From positions 9,661-73,660 of the forward strand of contig JAKSQJ010000002.1 in the NCBI GenBank assembly GCA_024404195.1: a stretch of 64,000 nt of DNA, written 5' to 3'. The position numbers were made by a program, and so were the translations under genes. The stretch is from Clostridia bacterium. Its GTDB lineage: Bacteria > Bacillota > Clostridia > Oscillospirales > Acutalibacteraceae. Positions within the stretch are counted from its first letter, which is position 1, and each line of letters begins with the position of its first letter. The notes under the pieces were generated by a model. It searched no databases. It saw only the letters and a list, made by a program, of their open reading frames with translations, and had not been told where the DNA came from. Of this stretch, positions 8,765 through 16,465 are shown one piece after another.

Positions 8765-11032
8765 ATGAGCACACAAAATCCCATGTCGCAACTTTTGGAT
8801 ATTGCTTTTCGTATTAGAGAAATGCGAGAAATTATGGGTTATTCCGTCGCCGAAATGGCGGAAAAAACCGAGGTTTCCGTTGAGCAATACGAAAATTACG
8901 AAAACTGCAAAACCGATTTGCCTTTTACATTTGTTCATAAATGCGCACTTGTTTTCGGAATTGAGCTTACCGAACTTTTAGAGGGCAGAAGCGCCAAGCT
9001 TTCTTCCTATACCGTAACAAGAAAGGGCAACGGTCAGCAAACCGCCAAGGAAGACGGTATTGATATTGCAAACTTAGCACCCGAATTCAGAAATAAAATA
9101 GCCGAGCCATACTGGGTTAAGTATGATTATTCCGAGGAGCTTCAAAATAAGCCCATTCATTTAACTAACCACAGCGGTCAGGAATTTGACCTTGTTGTTT
9201 CGGGCTCTTTGATGGTGCAGGTAGGCACAAATACCGAAATTCTTAACGAGGGCGACAGTATTTACTATAATTCTTCAACACCTCACGGTATGATAGCCGT
9301 CGGCGGAAAGGATTGCGAATTTTTGGCAGTTGTTCTTCCGGGCGAGGACGAGCAGGAGGAAACTATCCGCACAAGTATTGCCGCCGCAAAACCCTCTAAA
9401 AAGTTGCTTTGCGAAAAATTCGTTAAGACAACCGAGGACGAAAACGGCGCTTTGCAGGATATTAAATTCGTTGATACCGATAAGTTTAATTTCGGCTTTG
9501 ATGTTGTTAATGCTATCGCAAATAAATACCCCGATAAGCTTGCGATGGTGCATATTGACAGAAACAAGAGGGAAAGACAGTTTACCTTTGACGATATAAA
9601 GAGAGAGTCGGCAAGATGCGCTAACTATTTTACAACTATGGGCATCAAAAAGGGCGACAAAGTAATGCTTGTTCTCAAAAGGCATTATCAGTTCTGGTTT
9701 GCTATGGTAGCACTTCATAAAATCGGCGCCGTCGCAATTCCCGCAACATTCTTACTTAAAGAGCACGATTTTGAGTATAGATTTAATGCCGCCGAAATTT
9801 CGGCTATTGTCTGCACTGCCGACGGCGATGTTGCCGAAATTGCCGAAAAAGCCGCAAAAAAATGCAAAACCGTTAAAACCAAAATCATGGTTGGCGGAAA
9901 TAGAGACGGTTGGCACGATTTTGATAATGAATATAAGGTTTATTCAAGCCATTTCCGCAGAAGTGCCGATACTCCCTGCGGTGATGACCCTGCAATCATC
10001 TTCTTCTCCTCGGGAACAACGGGCGAGCCAAAAATGGTTGAACATTCTCATACCTATCCGTTAGGTCATTTCGTAACCGCTAAATATTGGCATTGTTGCG
10101 AAAGGGACGGTCTTCACTTCACCATTTCCGACACCGGTTGGGGTAAATCCCTTTGGGGAAAACTTTACGGACAGTGGCTTTGCGAGGGTGCCGTATTTGT
10201 TTATGACTTTGACCGCTTTGACGCTTCTGATATTTTGCCGATGTTCAAAAAGTATAATGTTACAACATTCTGCGCTCCCCCTACCATGCTTCGTATGATG
10301 GTAAAAGAAGACCTTACAAAATATGATTTTTCGTCTGTTAAGCATATGACAACCGCAGGCGAGGCGCTTAATCCCGAGGTTGCAAAGCAGTTTAAGGAAG
10401 CAACCGGACTTACGATTTATGAGGGCTTCGGTCAAACCGAAACCACCCTTACGGTTGCAAATCTTGGCGGAACAAGGACAAAAATCGGCTCAATGGGCAA
10501 ACCTTCTCCGCAATATGAAATTGACATTGTTGACCATGACGATAAGCCGGTCGCAAACGGCGAAACGGGCGAAATCGTTATAAAACTTCAAAACGGCAAC
10601 CCCGTCGGTCTTTTCAGACAATACCTAAAAGAGCCCGAAAAAACCAAAGAGGTAAGAAGAAACAACCTTTATCATACGGGCGATACCGCTTGGCGAGATG
10701 AATCGGGATATTTTTGGTATGTCGGCAGGGTTGACGATATTATTAAATCGTCAGGTTACCGTATAGGGCCGTTTGAAATTGAAAATGTTATTATGGAGCT
10801 TCCGTATGTTCTTGAATGCGGTGTTTCCGCCGAGCCCGACGAAATAAGGGGTCAGATTGTTAAGGCAAGTATCGTTTTAACAAAGGGAACAAAGCCGAGC
10901 GAAGAACTCAAAAAGGAAATCCAGAATTATGTTAAGAGCCATACTGCTCCTTATAAATATCCCCGTCTTGTTGTGTTTAAGGACGAGCTTCCGAAAACCA
11001 ATAACGGAAAAATAATGCGCAGTTTACTGTAA
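8765..11032 (+). CDS. Fusion protein: XRE-family HTH + cupin domain + medium-chain (ACSM/MacS-like) AMP-forming acyl-CoA synthetase
   Basis: A 755-aa ORF. The N-terminus (IREMREIMGYSVAEMAEKTEVSVEQYENYE) is HTH_3-like. The cupin core is HSGQEFDLVVSGSLMVQVG...GDSIYYNSSTPHGM. The synthetase part has FFSSGTTGEPKMVEHSH, EGFGQTET, YHTGDTAWRDESGYFWYVGRVDD and a terminal NNGKIMR. Confidence 0.85.
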   Translation: MSTQNPMSQLLDIAFRIREMREIMGYSVAEMAEKTEVSVEQYENYENCKTDLPFTFVHKCALVFGIELTELLEGRSAKLSSYTVTRKGNGQQTAKEDGIDIANLAPEFRNKIAEPYWVKYDYSEELQNKPIHLTNHSGQEFDLVVSGSLMVQVGTNTEILNEGDSIYYNSSTPHGMIAVGGKDCEFLAVVLPGEDEQEETIRTSIAAAKPSKKLLCEKFVKTTEDENGALQDIKFVDTDKFNFGFDVVNAIANKYPDKLAMVHIDRNKRERQFTFDDIKRESARCANYFTTMGIKKGDKVMLVLKRHYQFWFAMVALHKIGAVAIPATFLLKEHDFEYRFNAAEISAIVCTADGDVAEIAEKAAKKCKTVKTKIMVGGNRDGWHDFDNEYKVYSSHFRRSADTPCGDDPAIIFFSSGTTGEPKMVEHSHTYPLGHFVTAKYWHCCERDGLHFTISDTGWGKSLWGKLYGQWLCEGAVFVYDFDRFDASDILPMFKKYNVTTFCAPPTMLRMMVKEDLTKYDFSSVKHMTTAGEALNPEVAKQFKEATGLTIYEGFGQTETTLTVANLGGTRTKIGSMGKPSPQYEIDIVDHDDKPVANGETGEIVIKLQNGNPVGLFRQYLKEPEKTKEVRRNNLYHTGDTAWRDESGYFWYVGRVDDIIKSSGYRIGPFEIENVIMELPYVLECGVSAEPDEIRGQIVKASIVLTKGTKPSEELKKEIQNYVKSHTAPYKYPRLVVFKDELPKTNNGKIMRSLL

Positions 11033-11039
11033 AAAACTG

Positions 11040-11068
11040 TTGACAAATAGGAATTCTTGTATTATACT
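11040..11068 (+). promoter_or_regulatory. SigmaA-type promoter P3 (TTGACA-17-TATACT)
   Basis: TTGACA at 11040-11045, a 17-nt spacer, and TATACT at 11063-11068. It begins 7 nt after the upstream stop codon. Confidence 0.6.
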
Positions 11069-11074
11069 TTGAGA

Positions 11075-11356
11075 ATAAAGGCAAAGACGAAGAGGACTTT
11101 ATTATTCCGAAATTTAGAGAGATAACGGTTGGTGAAAGTTATCGGTAGGGTAATTTGGTTGTAACTTCTGAGCTGAAGGGAAGAAAGCATTTTTGCAAGT
11201 AGAGCCCTTTCGTGTAGGCTGCGTTAATGCATACGGCTTGTTAGAGCCTGAGTGGCACTTTTTTGTGCAATTTGAGTGGTACCGCGGGTGTATTTTGATA
11301 TTTTTTACGCTCGTCTCAAAGTATTAAGCTTTGGGACGGGTGTTTTTTCGTTTTTT
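11075..11356 (+). promoter_or_regulatory. T-box riboswitch leader 3, specifier GUA (Val)
   Basis: The AG bulge is AGAGAG and the distal loop is GGUGAAA. The stem AGAGG/CUUCU closes the specifier loop, which reads GUA-A (11161-11164), followed by CUUCU-GA-GC. The T-box sequence CAAUUUGAGUGGUACCGCGGG lies at 11268-11287. The terminator CGUCUCAAAG/CUUUGGGACG plus a U-run ends near 11356. The 3' half is clearly paralogous to leader 2. Confidence 0.85.
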
Positions 11357-11378
11357 GTCCCGAACAGGAGGTTATGGT

Positions 11379-13667
11379 ATGCAAGAAATAAGCAATCTTG
11401 ATTATAAAATCAAGGAAATGGCGGGGCGTATTAAAGAGCTTCGTGAAATTGAGGGCGTTTCTCCCGAAGAAATGGCTCAAAAAACCGATGTTTCCGTCAG
11501 TGAATACCTTTCCTGCGAAAGCGGAGAAAGCGACTTAAACTTTGCATTTCTTTACCGTTGCGCATTGGCGCTTAATGTCAATGTTACCGATATAATTGAG
11601 GGTCACAGTCCTACCCTTAAGGCATTTACCGTTACAAAAAAAGGCAAGGGTCAGGAAATTGCGAATGCTCACGGTATGACATATTACAATATGGCTTATG
11701 CTTTCAAAAACAGAATTGCCGAGCCGCTTTATGTTAAATCAAATTACGACGAATCAGCCCAAACGAAAGAAATTGAGCTTACAACCCATGAGGGACAGGA
11801 GCTTGATATTATAATTTCTGGTCAGCTTCGTGTTCAGATAGGTGAGCATAGCGAGGTTTTAAGCGAGGGCGACAGTGTTTACTTTAATTCCTCAACCCCC
11901 CACGGTATGATAGCCGTCGGCGGTAAGGACTGCGAGTTTTATGCCATTGTCCTTAATCCTACGGGGGAACCCATTCCCGAGCTTATTCCGACAAAGGCGA
12001 TTGAGTTTGAAAAGGAAGTAAAGCAGGATACAAGCGACAGAGTTTACCGCAAGTATGTTGATATCGTTAAAAACGATAAGGGAACACCTACATCAATTAA
12101 ATTTAAGAACACAGATAAGTTTAACTTTGCCTTTGATGTTGTTGACGAAATGGCAAACAAAAACCCGAATAAACTCGCCATGCTTCATATTGACCGCAAC
12201 GAAACAGAGAGAAGATTTACCTTCCTTGATATGAAGAAAGAGTCGGCAAGATGCGCAAACTATTTCAGTTCTTTGGGAATTAAAAAGGGCGACAGAGTTA
12301 TGCTTGTTTTAAGGCGTAATTATCAGTTTTGGCCCATAATGTTAGGCCTTAATAAGTTGGGCGCTATTGCAATTCCCGCAACAAGCCAACTTCTTCCGCA
12401 TGACCTTGAATACAGATTTGATAAGGCGGGAGTTACCTCTATTGTCTGCACTTCGGACGATAATTCCCCCGATTCCGCCGACACTGCCGCCGCTACATAC
12501 GGTAAAATGAAAAACAAGATTATCGTAGGCGGTAAAAGAGACGGTTGGAGAGAATTTGATAAAGAATATAAGCGCTTCAGCTCAACCTATGAGCGAACAA
12601 AGGATTCTCCCTGCGGCGATGACCTTCTTCTTATGTTCTTTACTTCGGGAACTTCGGGTTATCCGAAAATTGCCGCTCATAACCATAAATATCCTTTCGG
12701 ACATTTTGTTACGGCTAAATATTGGCATTGCTGCGACCCCGACGGACTTCATTTTACAATTTCCGATACGGGCTGGGCTAAGGCAATGTGGGGCAAGCTT
12801 TACGGTCAGTGGTTCTGCGAAGCCGCAACCTTTGTTTATGACTTTGACCGTTTTGATGCATCAAAGATAATGCCGATGTTCGCAAAGCATAAAATAACAA
12901 CCTTTTGCGCTCCGCCTACTATGCTTCGTATGATGATAAAGCAGGATTTATCAAATTATGATTTTTCGTCCGTTAAGCATATGACAACCGCAGGCGAGGC
13001 ACTTAACCCCGAGGTTTATAAGCAATTTAAGAATTTGACGGGACTTCATATTATTGAGGGCTTCGGTCAAAGCGAATCTACCATGATGATAGGCAATCTT
13101 CGTGGCGCTCCGCATAAAATCGGCTCAATGGGTAAACCCTGCCCGATTTATGATATTGACCTTTTGGACAGCGACGGTAACCCCGTTGCCATCGGTGAAA
13201 CGGGCGAAATTTGCGTAAATGTTAAAAACGGTGCGCCCTGCGGACTGTTTACCGGTTACTATAACGACCCCGAAAAGACCGACGAGGCAATTCACGACGG
13301 TTATTACCATACCGGCGATACCGCTTGGAAGGACGAGGACGGTTTCTATTGGTTTGTCGGCAGAGTTGACGATGTTATTAAATCATCGGGCTACCGTATA
13401 GGACCCTTTGAAATAGAAAGCGTTATTATGGAGCTTCCCTATGTTCTTGAATGCGGCGTTTCCCCCGAGCCCGATGAAATAAGGGGACAAATTGTTAAAG
13501 CAAGTATTGTTTTAACAAAGGGAACTAAGCCGACCGAGGAACTTAAAAAAGAAATCCAAAACTATGTTAAACAGCATACCGCTCCTTATAAATACCCCCG
13601 TCTTGTTGTGTTCAGAGATGAACTTCCGAAAACAACAAGCGGTAAGATAATGCGAAATAAGCTTTAA
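11379..13667 (+). CDS. Fusion protein: XRE-family HTH + cupin domain + medium-chain AMP-forming acyl-CoA synthetase (paralog of 8765..11032)
   Basis: I prefer the ATG at 11379 (RBS AGGAGG) over the TTG at 11331, which lies inside the T-box terminator. The domain order matches the upstream paralog and the C-terminal ~90 aa are nearly identical. Motifs present are FFTSGTSGYPKIAAHNH, EGFGQSES and YHTGDTAWKDEDGFYWFVGRVDD. Confidence 0.85.
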   Translation: MQEISNLDYKIKEMAGRIKELREIEGVSPEEMAQKTDVSVSEYLSCESGESDLNFAFLYRCALALNVNVTDIIEGHSPTLKAFTVTKKGKGQEIANAHGMTYYNMAYAFKNRIAEPLYVKSNYDESAQTKEIELTTHEGQELDIIISGQLRVQIGEHSEVLSEGDSVYFNSSTPHGMIAVGGKDCEFYAIVLNPTGEPIPELIPTKAIEFEKEVKQDTSDRVYRKYVDIVKNDKGTPTSIKFKNTDKFNFAFDVVDEMANKNPNKLAMLHIDRNETERRFTFLDMKKESARCANYFSSLGIKKGDRVMLVLRRNYQFWPIMLGLNKLGAIAIPATSQLLPHDLEYRFDKAGVTSIVCTSDDNSPDSADTAAATYGKMKNKIIVGGKRDGWREFDKEYKRFSSTYERTKDSPCGDDLLLMFFTSGTSGYPKIAAHNHKYPFGHFVTAKYWHCCDPDGLHFTISDTGWAKAMWGKLYGQWFCEAATFVYDFDRFDASKIMPMFAKHKITTFCAPPTMLRMMIKQDLSNYDFSSVKHMTTAGEALNPEVYKQFKNLTGLHIIEGFGQSESTMMIGNLRGAPHKIGSMGKPCPIYDIDLLDSDGNPVAIGETGEICVNVKNGAPCGLFTGYYNDPEKTDEAIHDGYYHTGDTAWKDEDGFYWFVGRVDDVIKSSGYRIGPFEIESVIMELPYVLECGVSPEPDEIRGQIVKASIVLTKGTKPTEELKKEIQNYVKQHTAPYKYPRLVVFRDELPKTTSGKIMRNKL

Positions 13668-13677
13668 GAGGGCGTTT

Positions 13678-14400
13678 ATGAAAATATCGGTTATTCAAAT
13701 GGATGTTAAGCTTAATGCTCCCGATATTAACTTTAATAAGGCGAAAAAACTTATCAAAGAAGCGGTAAGTGAGGACCCCGATGTAATCGTTTTGCCCGAA
13801 ACCTTTAATGTCGGCTTTTTTCCGAAGGATATAAAAAGGGAATTTTGCGATATTGACGGAAAAAGGGTAAAAGAAGAAATCGGAAAACTTGCAAAAGAGT
13901 ATAATGTTAATATCGTTGCCGGCTCTGTTGCGAACATAAAAAACGGTAATCTTTATAATACCGCCTATGTTTTTTCAAGGTCGGGCGAGCAAATAGCCGA
14001 ATACGATAAAATCAATTTGTTTTCGGCTATGGACGAGGATAAATACTTTAATAAGGGCGATAAAACCGTTCGTTTTTATCTTGACGGGCATCCCTGCACA
14101 CTTATTATTTGCTATGATATCCGCTTCCCCGAAATTATAAGAAAAGCAACGGCAAATGAGCCGACTGACCTTTTGTTTATCTTATCCGAATGGCCGAAAG
14201 TCAGAATAAACGAACTAACCGCTCTTGTTACCGAAAGGGCAACGGAAAACAGAATGTTTGCCGTTTGCTCAAACTCCTGCGGAAAGGCAAACGATGTAAA
14301 ATATGGCGGAAATTCGGTTATTGTTGACCCGCTCGGCAATATTCTCATAAAAGCAGAAGAAACCGAAAGCATCATAACCGCAAACTGCGATATACAATAA
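13678..14400 (+). CDS. Carbon-nitrogen hydrolase (Nit/omega-amidase, YafV/MtnU-like)
   Basis: A 240-aa ORF. The E-K-C triad context is visible: VLPETFN, YDKINLF and LIICYDIRFPE. The start lies 10 nt after the upstream stop, so the gene is co-transcribed. Confidence 0.75.
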   Translation: MKISVIQMDVKLNAPDINFNKAKKLIKEAVSEDPDVIVLPETFNVGFFPKDIKREFCDIDGKRVKEEIGKLAKEYNVNIVAGSVANIKNGNLYNTAYVFSRSGEQIAEYDKINLFSAMDEDKYFNKGDKTVRFYLDGHPCTLIICYDIRFPEIIRKATANEPTDLLFILSEWPKVRINELTALVTERATENRMFAVCSNSCGKANDVKYGGNSVIVDPLGNILIKAEETESIITANCDIQ

Positions 14401-14420
14401 ATTTTAAGTAGGAATAAACA

Positions 14421-15092
14421 ATGCGAGATTATAAGCGACTTACAATAATATGCGGACATTACGGAAGCGGTAAAACAAATATCGCCGTAAATATGGCGTT
14501 AGAGCTTTGCAAAATCCGTGAAAATGTTGCCGTTGCCGACCTTGATATTGTTAATCCTTATTTCAGAACAAAGGACAGCGAGGAAGATTTTAAGGCAAAC
14601 GGAATAAAACTTATTTGTTCGCAGTTTGCAAATACAAATCTTGATTTACCGTCGCTTCCTGCCGATTTATATTCAATAACCGATGATAAGGAAACCTCGG
14701 TTATTCTTGATATCGGCGGTGATGACAGGGGTGCTTTTGCTTTGGGCAGATTAAGCCCCGAAATAATCAAAGAAAATAACTATGATATGTATTATGTCAT
14801 CAATAAATACCGTCCCTTAACTCCCGATGCCGAGTCGGCTTATGAGATAATGCTTGAAATTGAAGCGGCTTGCGGAATTAAGTTTACGGGAATTCTCAAC
14901 AACTCAAATTTGGGCTCGCAAACTTCGGCGGAAGATGTTCTTAATTCTTTGGAGTTTGCGGATAGATTATCCGAAATTTCTTCTTTGCCTGTTAAAGCCA
15001 CCTGCATAGAAAAACGGCTTGAAGACGAGCTTAAAGATAAAATTCCAAACTTGTTTTCAATGAAATTGCAAAACAAAATAATAGACGGTTAA
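14421..15092 (+). CDS. P-loop NTPase of unknown function, UreG/HypB (G3E)-like motif pattern
   Basis: A 223-aa ORF with Walker A GHYGSGKTN, a Walker B-like VILDIGGDDRG (compare UreG ESGGDNL) and INKY at the position of NKxD. Confidence 0.5.
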   Translation: MRDYKRLTIICGHYGSGKTNIAVNMALELCKIRENVAVADLDIVNPYFRTKDSEEDFKANGIKLICSQFANTNLDLPSLPADLYSITDDKETSVILDIGGDDRGAFALGRLSPEIIKENNYDMYYVINKYRPLTPDAESAYEIMLEIEAACGIKFTGILNNSNLGSQTSAEDVLNSLEFADRLSEISSLPVKATCIEKRLEDELKDKIPNLFSMKLQNKIIDG

Positions 15093-15184
15093 TAAACCGA
15101 TTATTGTGTTAAAAATTTTGAGGACTTGACAGCGAAATGTTGCCTTAGCTCTTAAAAGTATATAAATTGAAAGGAAAGATGATT

Positions 15185-15391
15185 ATGGCTAAACTTACTT
15201 TTAAAACAGATAATTGTAAGGGCTGCGGACTTTGCGTTGATGCTTGTCCGAAAAATCTGTTGCTTTTGGCGCAGGACAAAATAAACAAAAAGGGACATCA
15301 TCCTGTTGAAATTTCAAATATGGATGAATGCATAGGTTGCGCTTCCTGCGCTGTTATGTGCCCCGACTGTATAATAAAGGTAGAAAGGTGA
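15185..15391 (+). CDS. 2-oxoacid:ferredoxin oxidoreductase delta subunit (2x[4Fe-4S] ferredoxin)
   Basis: Two CxxCxxCxxxCP motifs are present (CKGCGLCVDACP and CIGCASCAVMCP). The start is uncertain: ATG at 15185, 15179, or TTG at 15167. Confidence 0.8.
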   Translation: MAKLTFKTDNCKGCGLCVDACPKNLLLLAQDKINKKGHHPVEISNMDECIGCASCAVMCPDCIIKVER

Positions 15392-15397
15392 TAAATT

Positions 15398-16465
15398 ATG
15401 GCAGACAAGGTTCTTATGAAAGGTAACGAAGCGATAGCCGAAGCCGCTATAATCGCCGGTTGCCGTCACTATTTCGGATATCCGATTACACCGCAAACCG
15501 AGGTTGCCGCATATATGGCAAAGAAGATGCCGAAAATCGGCGGAACATTTTTGCAGGCAGAAAGCGAAATTGCGGCTATCAGTATGGTTTACGGCGTATC
15601 CTCGGCAGGATACAGAGTTATGACCTCTTCTTCATCCCCCGGAATATCCTTAAAGCAAGAGGGAATATCCTATCTTGCTGGTTCCGACCTTCCGGCACTT
15701 ATTGTTAATGTTCAAAGAGGCGGTCCCGGACTCGGCGGTATTCAACCCTCTCAGTCGGATTATTTTCAGGCAACAAAGGGCGGCGGACACGGCGACTATC
15801 ATTTGATAGTTTTGGCTCCTGCCTCCGTTCAGGAAATGGCAGAGCTAACAATAAAGGGTTTTGACCTTGCCGATAAATACAGAATGCCGACAATGCTCCT
15901 TGCCGACGGCACTATGGGACAAATGATGGAGCCGGTATCTCTTGATGAGTATTCCGACATTAAAACATTTGATAAGCCCTGGGCAACCAACGGAACAAAG
16001 ATGAACAGAGAACATAATATTACAAACTCTTTGTCGCTCGTTCCCGAAGAACTTGAACAGTTGAATATAGCAAGATATGAGCGTTATAAAATTGTTGAAG
16101 AAAACGAAACCATGTATGAAGAATACTATATGGATGATGCCGAAATCTGCATTGCGGCTTTCGGTATTGCGGCAAGAGTTTCGCTCCATGCAGTAGAAAA
16201 GGCAAGAAAAGAAGGCATAAAGGTCGGTATGATAAGACCTATAACTCTTTGGCCGTTCCCGAGCGCACCGTTCAAAAAAGCGGCTCCGCATCTTAAACAC
16301 ATTATGTCGGTAGAGCTTTCTATGGGACAGATGATAGAGGATGTTAAACTCGCTTGTGAATGTTGTTGCCCTGTAACCCTTTGCAACCGTGTCGGCGGTA
16401 TGATTCCCGACCCGTTGCAGGTTCTTGAAAGAATTAAAGAAGTCAATAAGGAGGTAAACGGATAA
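15398..16465 (+). CDS. 2-oxoacid:ferredoxin oxidoreductase alpha subunit (VorB/KorA type)
   Basis: A 355-aa ORF. The N-terminus MKGNEAIAEAAIIAGCRHYFGYPITPQTE is typical of OFOR alpha subunits. The gene is followed by coupled beta and gamma genes. Confidence 0.85.
   Translation: MADKVLMKGNEAIAEAAIIAGCRHYFGYPITPQTEVAAYMAKKMPKIGGTFLQAESEIAAISMVYGVSSAGYRVMTSSSSPGISLKQEGISYLAGSDLPALIVNVQRGGPGLGGIQPSQSDYFQATKGGGHGDYHLIVLAPASVQEMAELTIKGFDLADKYRMPTMLLADGTMGQMMEPVSLDEYSDIKTFDKPWATNGTKMNREHNITNSLSLVPEELEQLNIARYERYKIVEENETMYEEYYMDDAEICIAAFGIAARVSLHAVEKARKEGIKVGMIRPITLWPFPSAPFKKAAPHLKHIMSVELSMGQMIEDVKLACECCCPVTLCNRVGGMIPDPLQVLERIKEVNKEVNG

Noticed and set aside
9275-9718. 147-aa minus-strand ORF and other 60-125-aa ORFs inside the ligase genes
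   Set aside because: They are antisense or out of frame within well-supported long genes. They have no RBS and no motifs.
11331-11378. TTG start proposed by the ORF track for the third ligase
   Set aside because: These codons lie inside the T-box terminator stem and U-run. The ATG at 11379 has an AGGAGG RBS and aligns with the start region of the paralog.
15126-15131. TTGACA upstream of the OFOR delta gene as an internal promoter
   Set aside because: There is no acceptable -10 hexamer 16-19 nt downstream, so I treat the OFOR genes as part of the upstream transcript.
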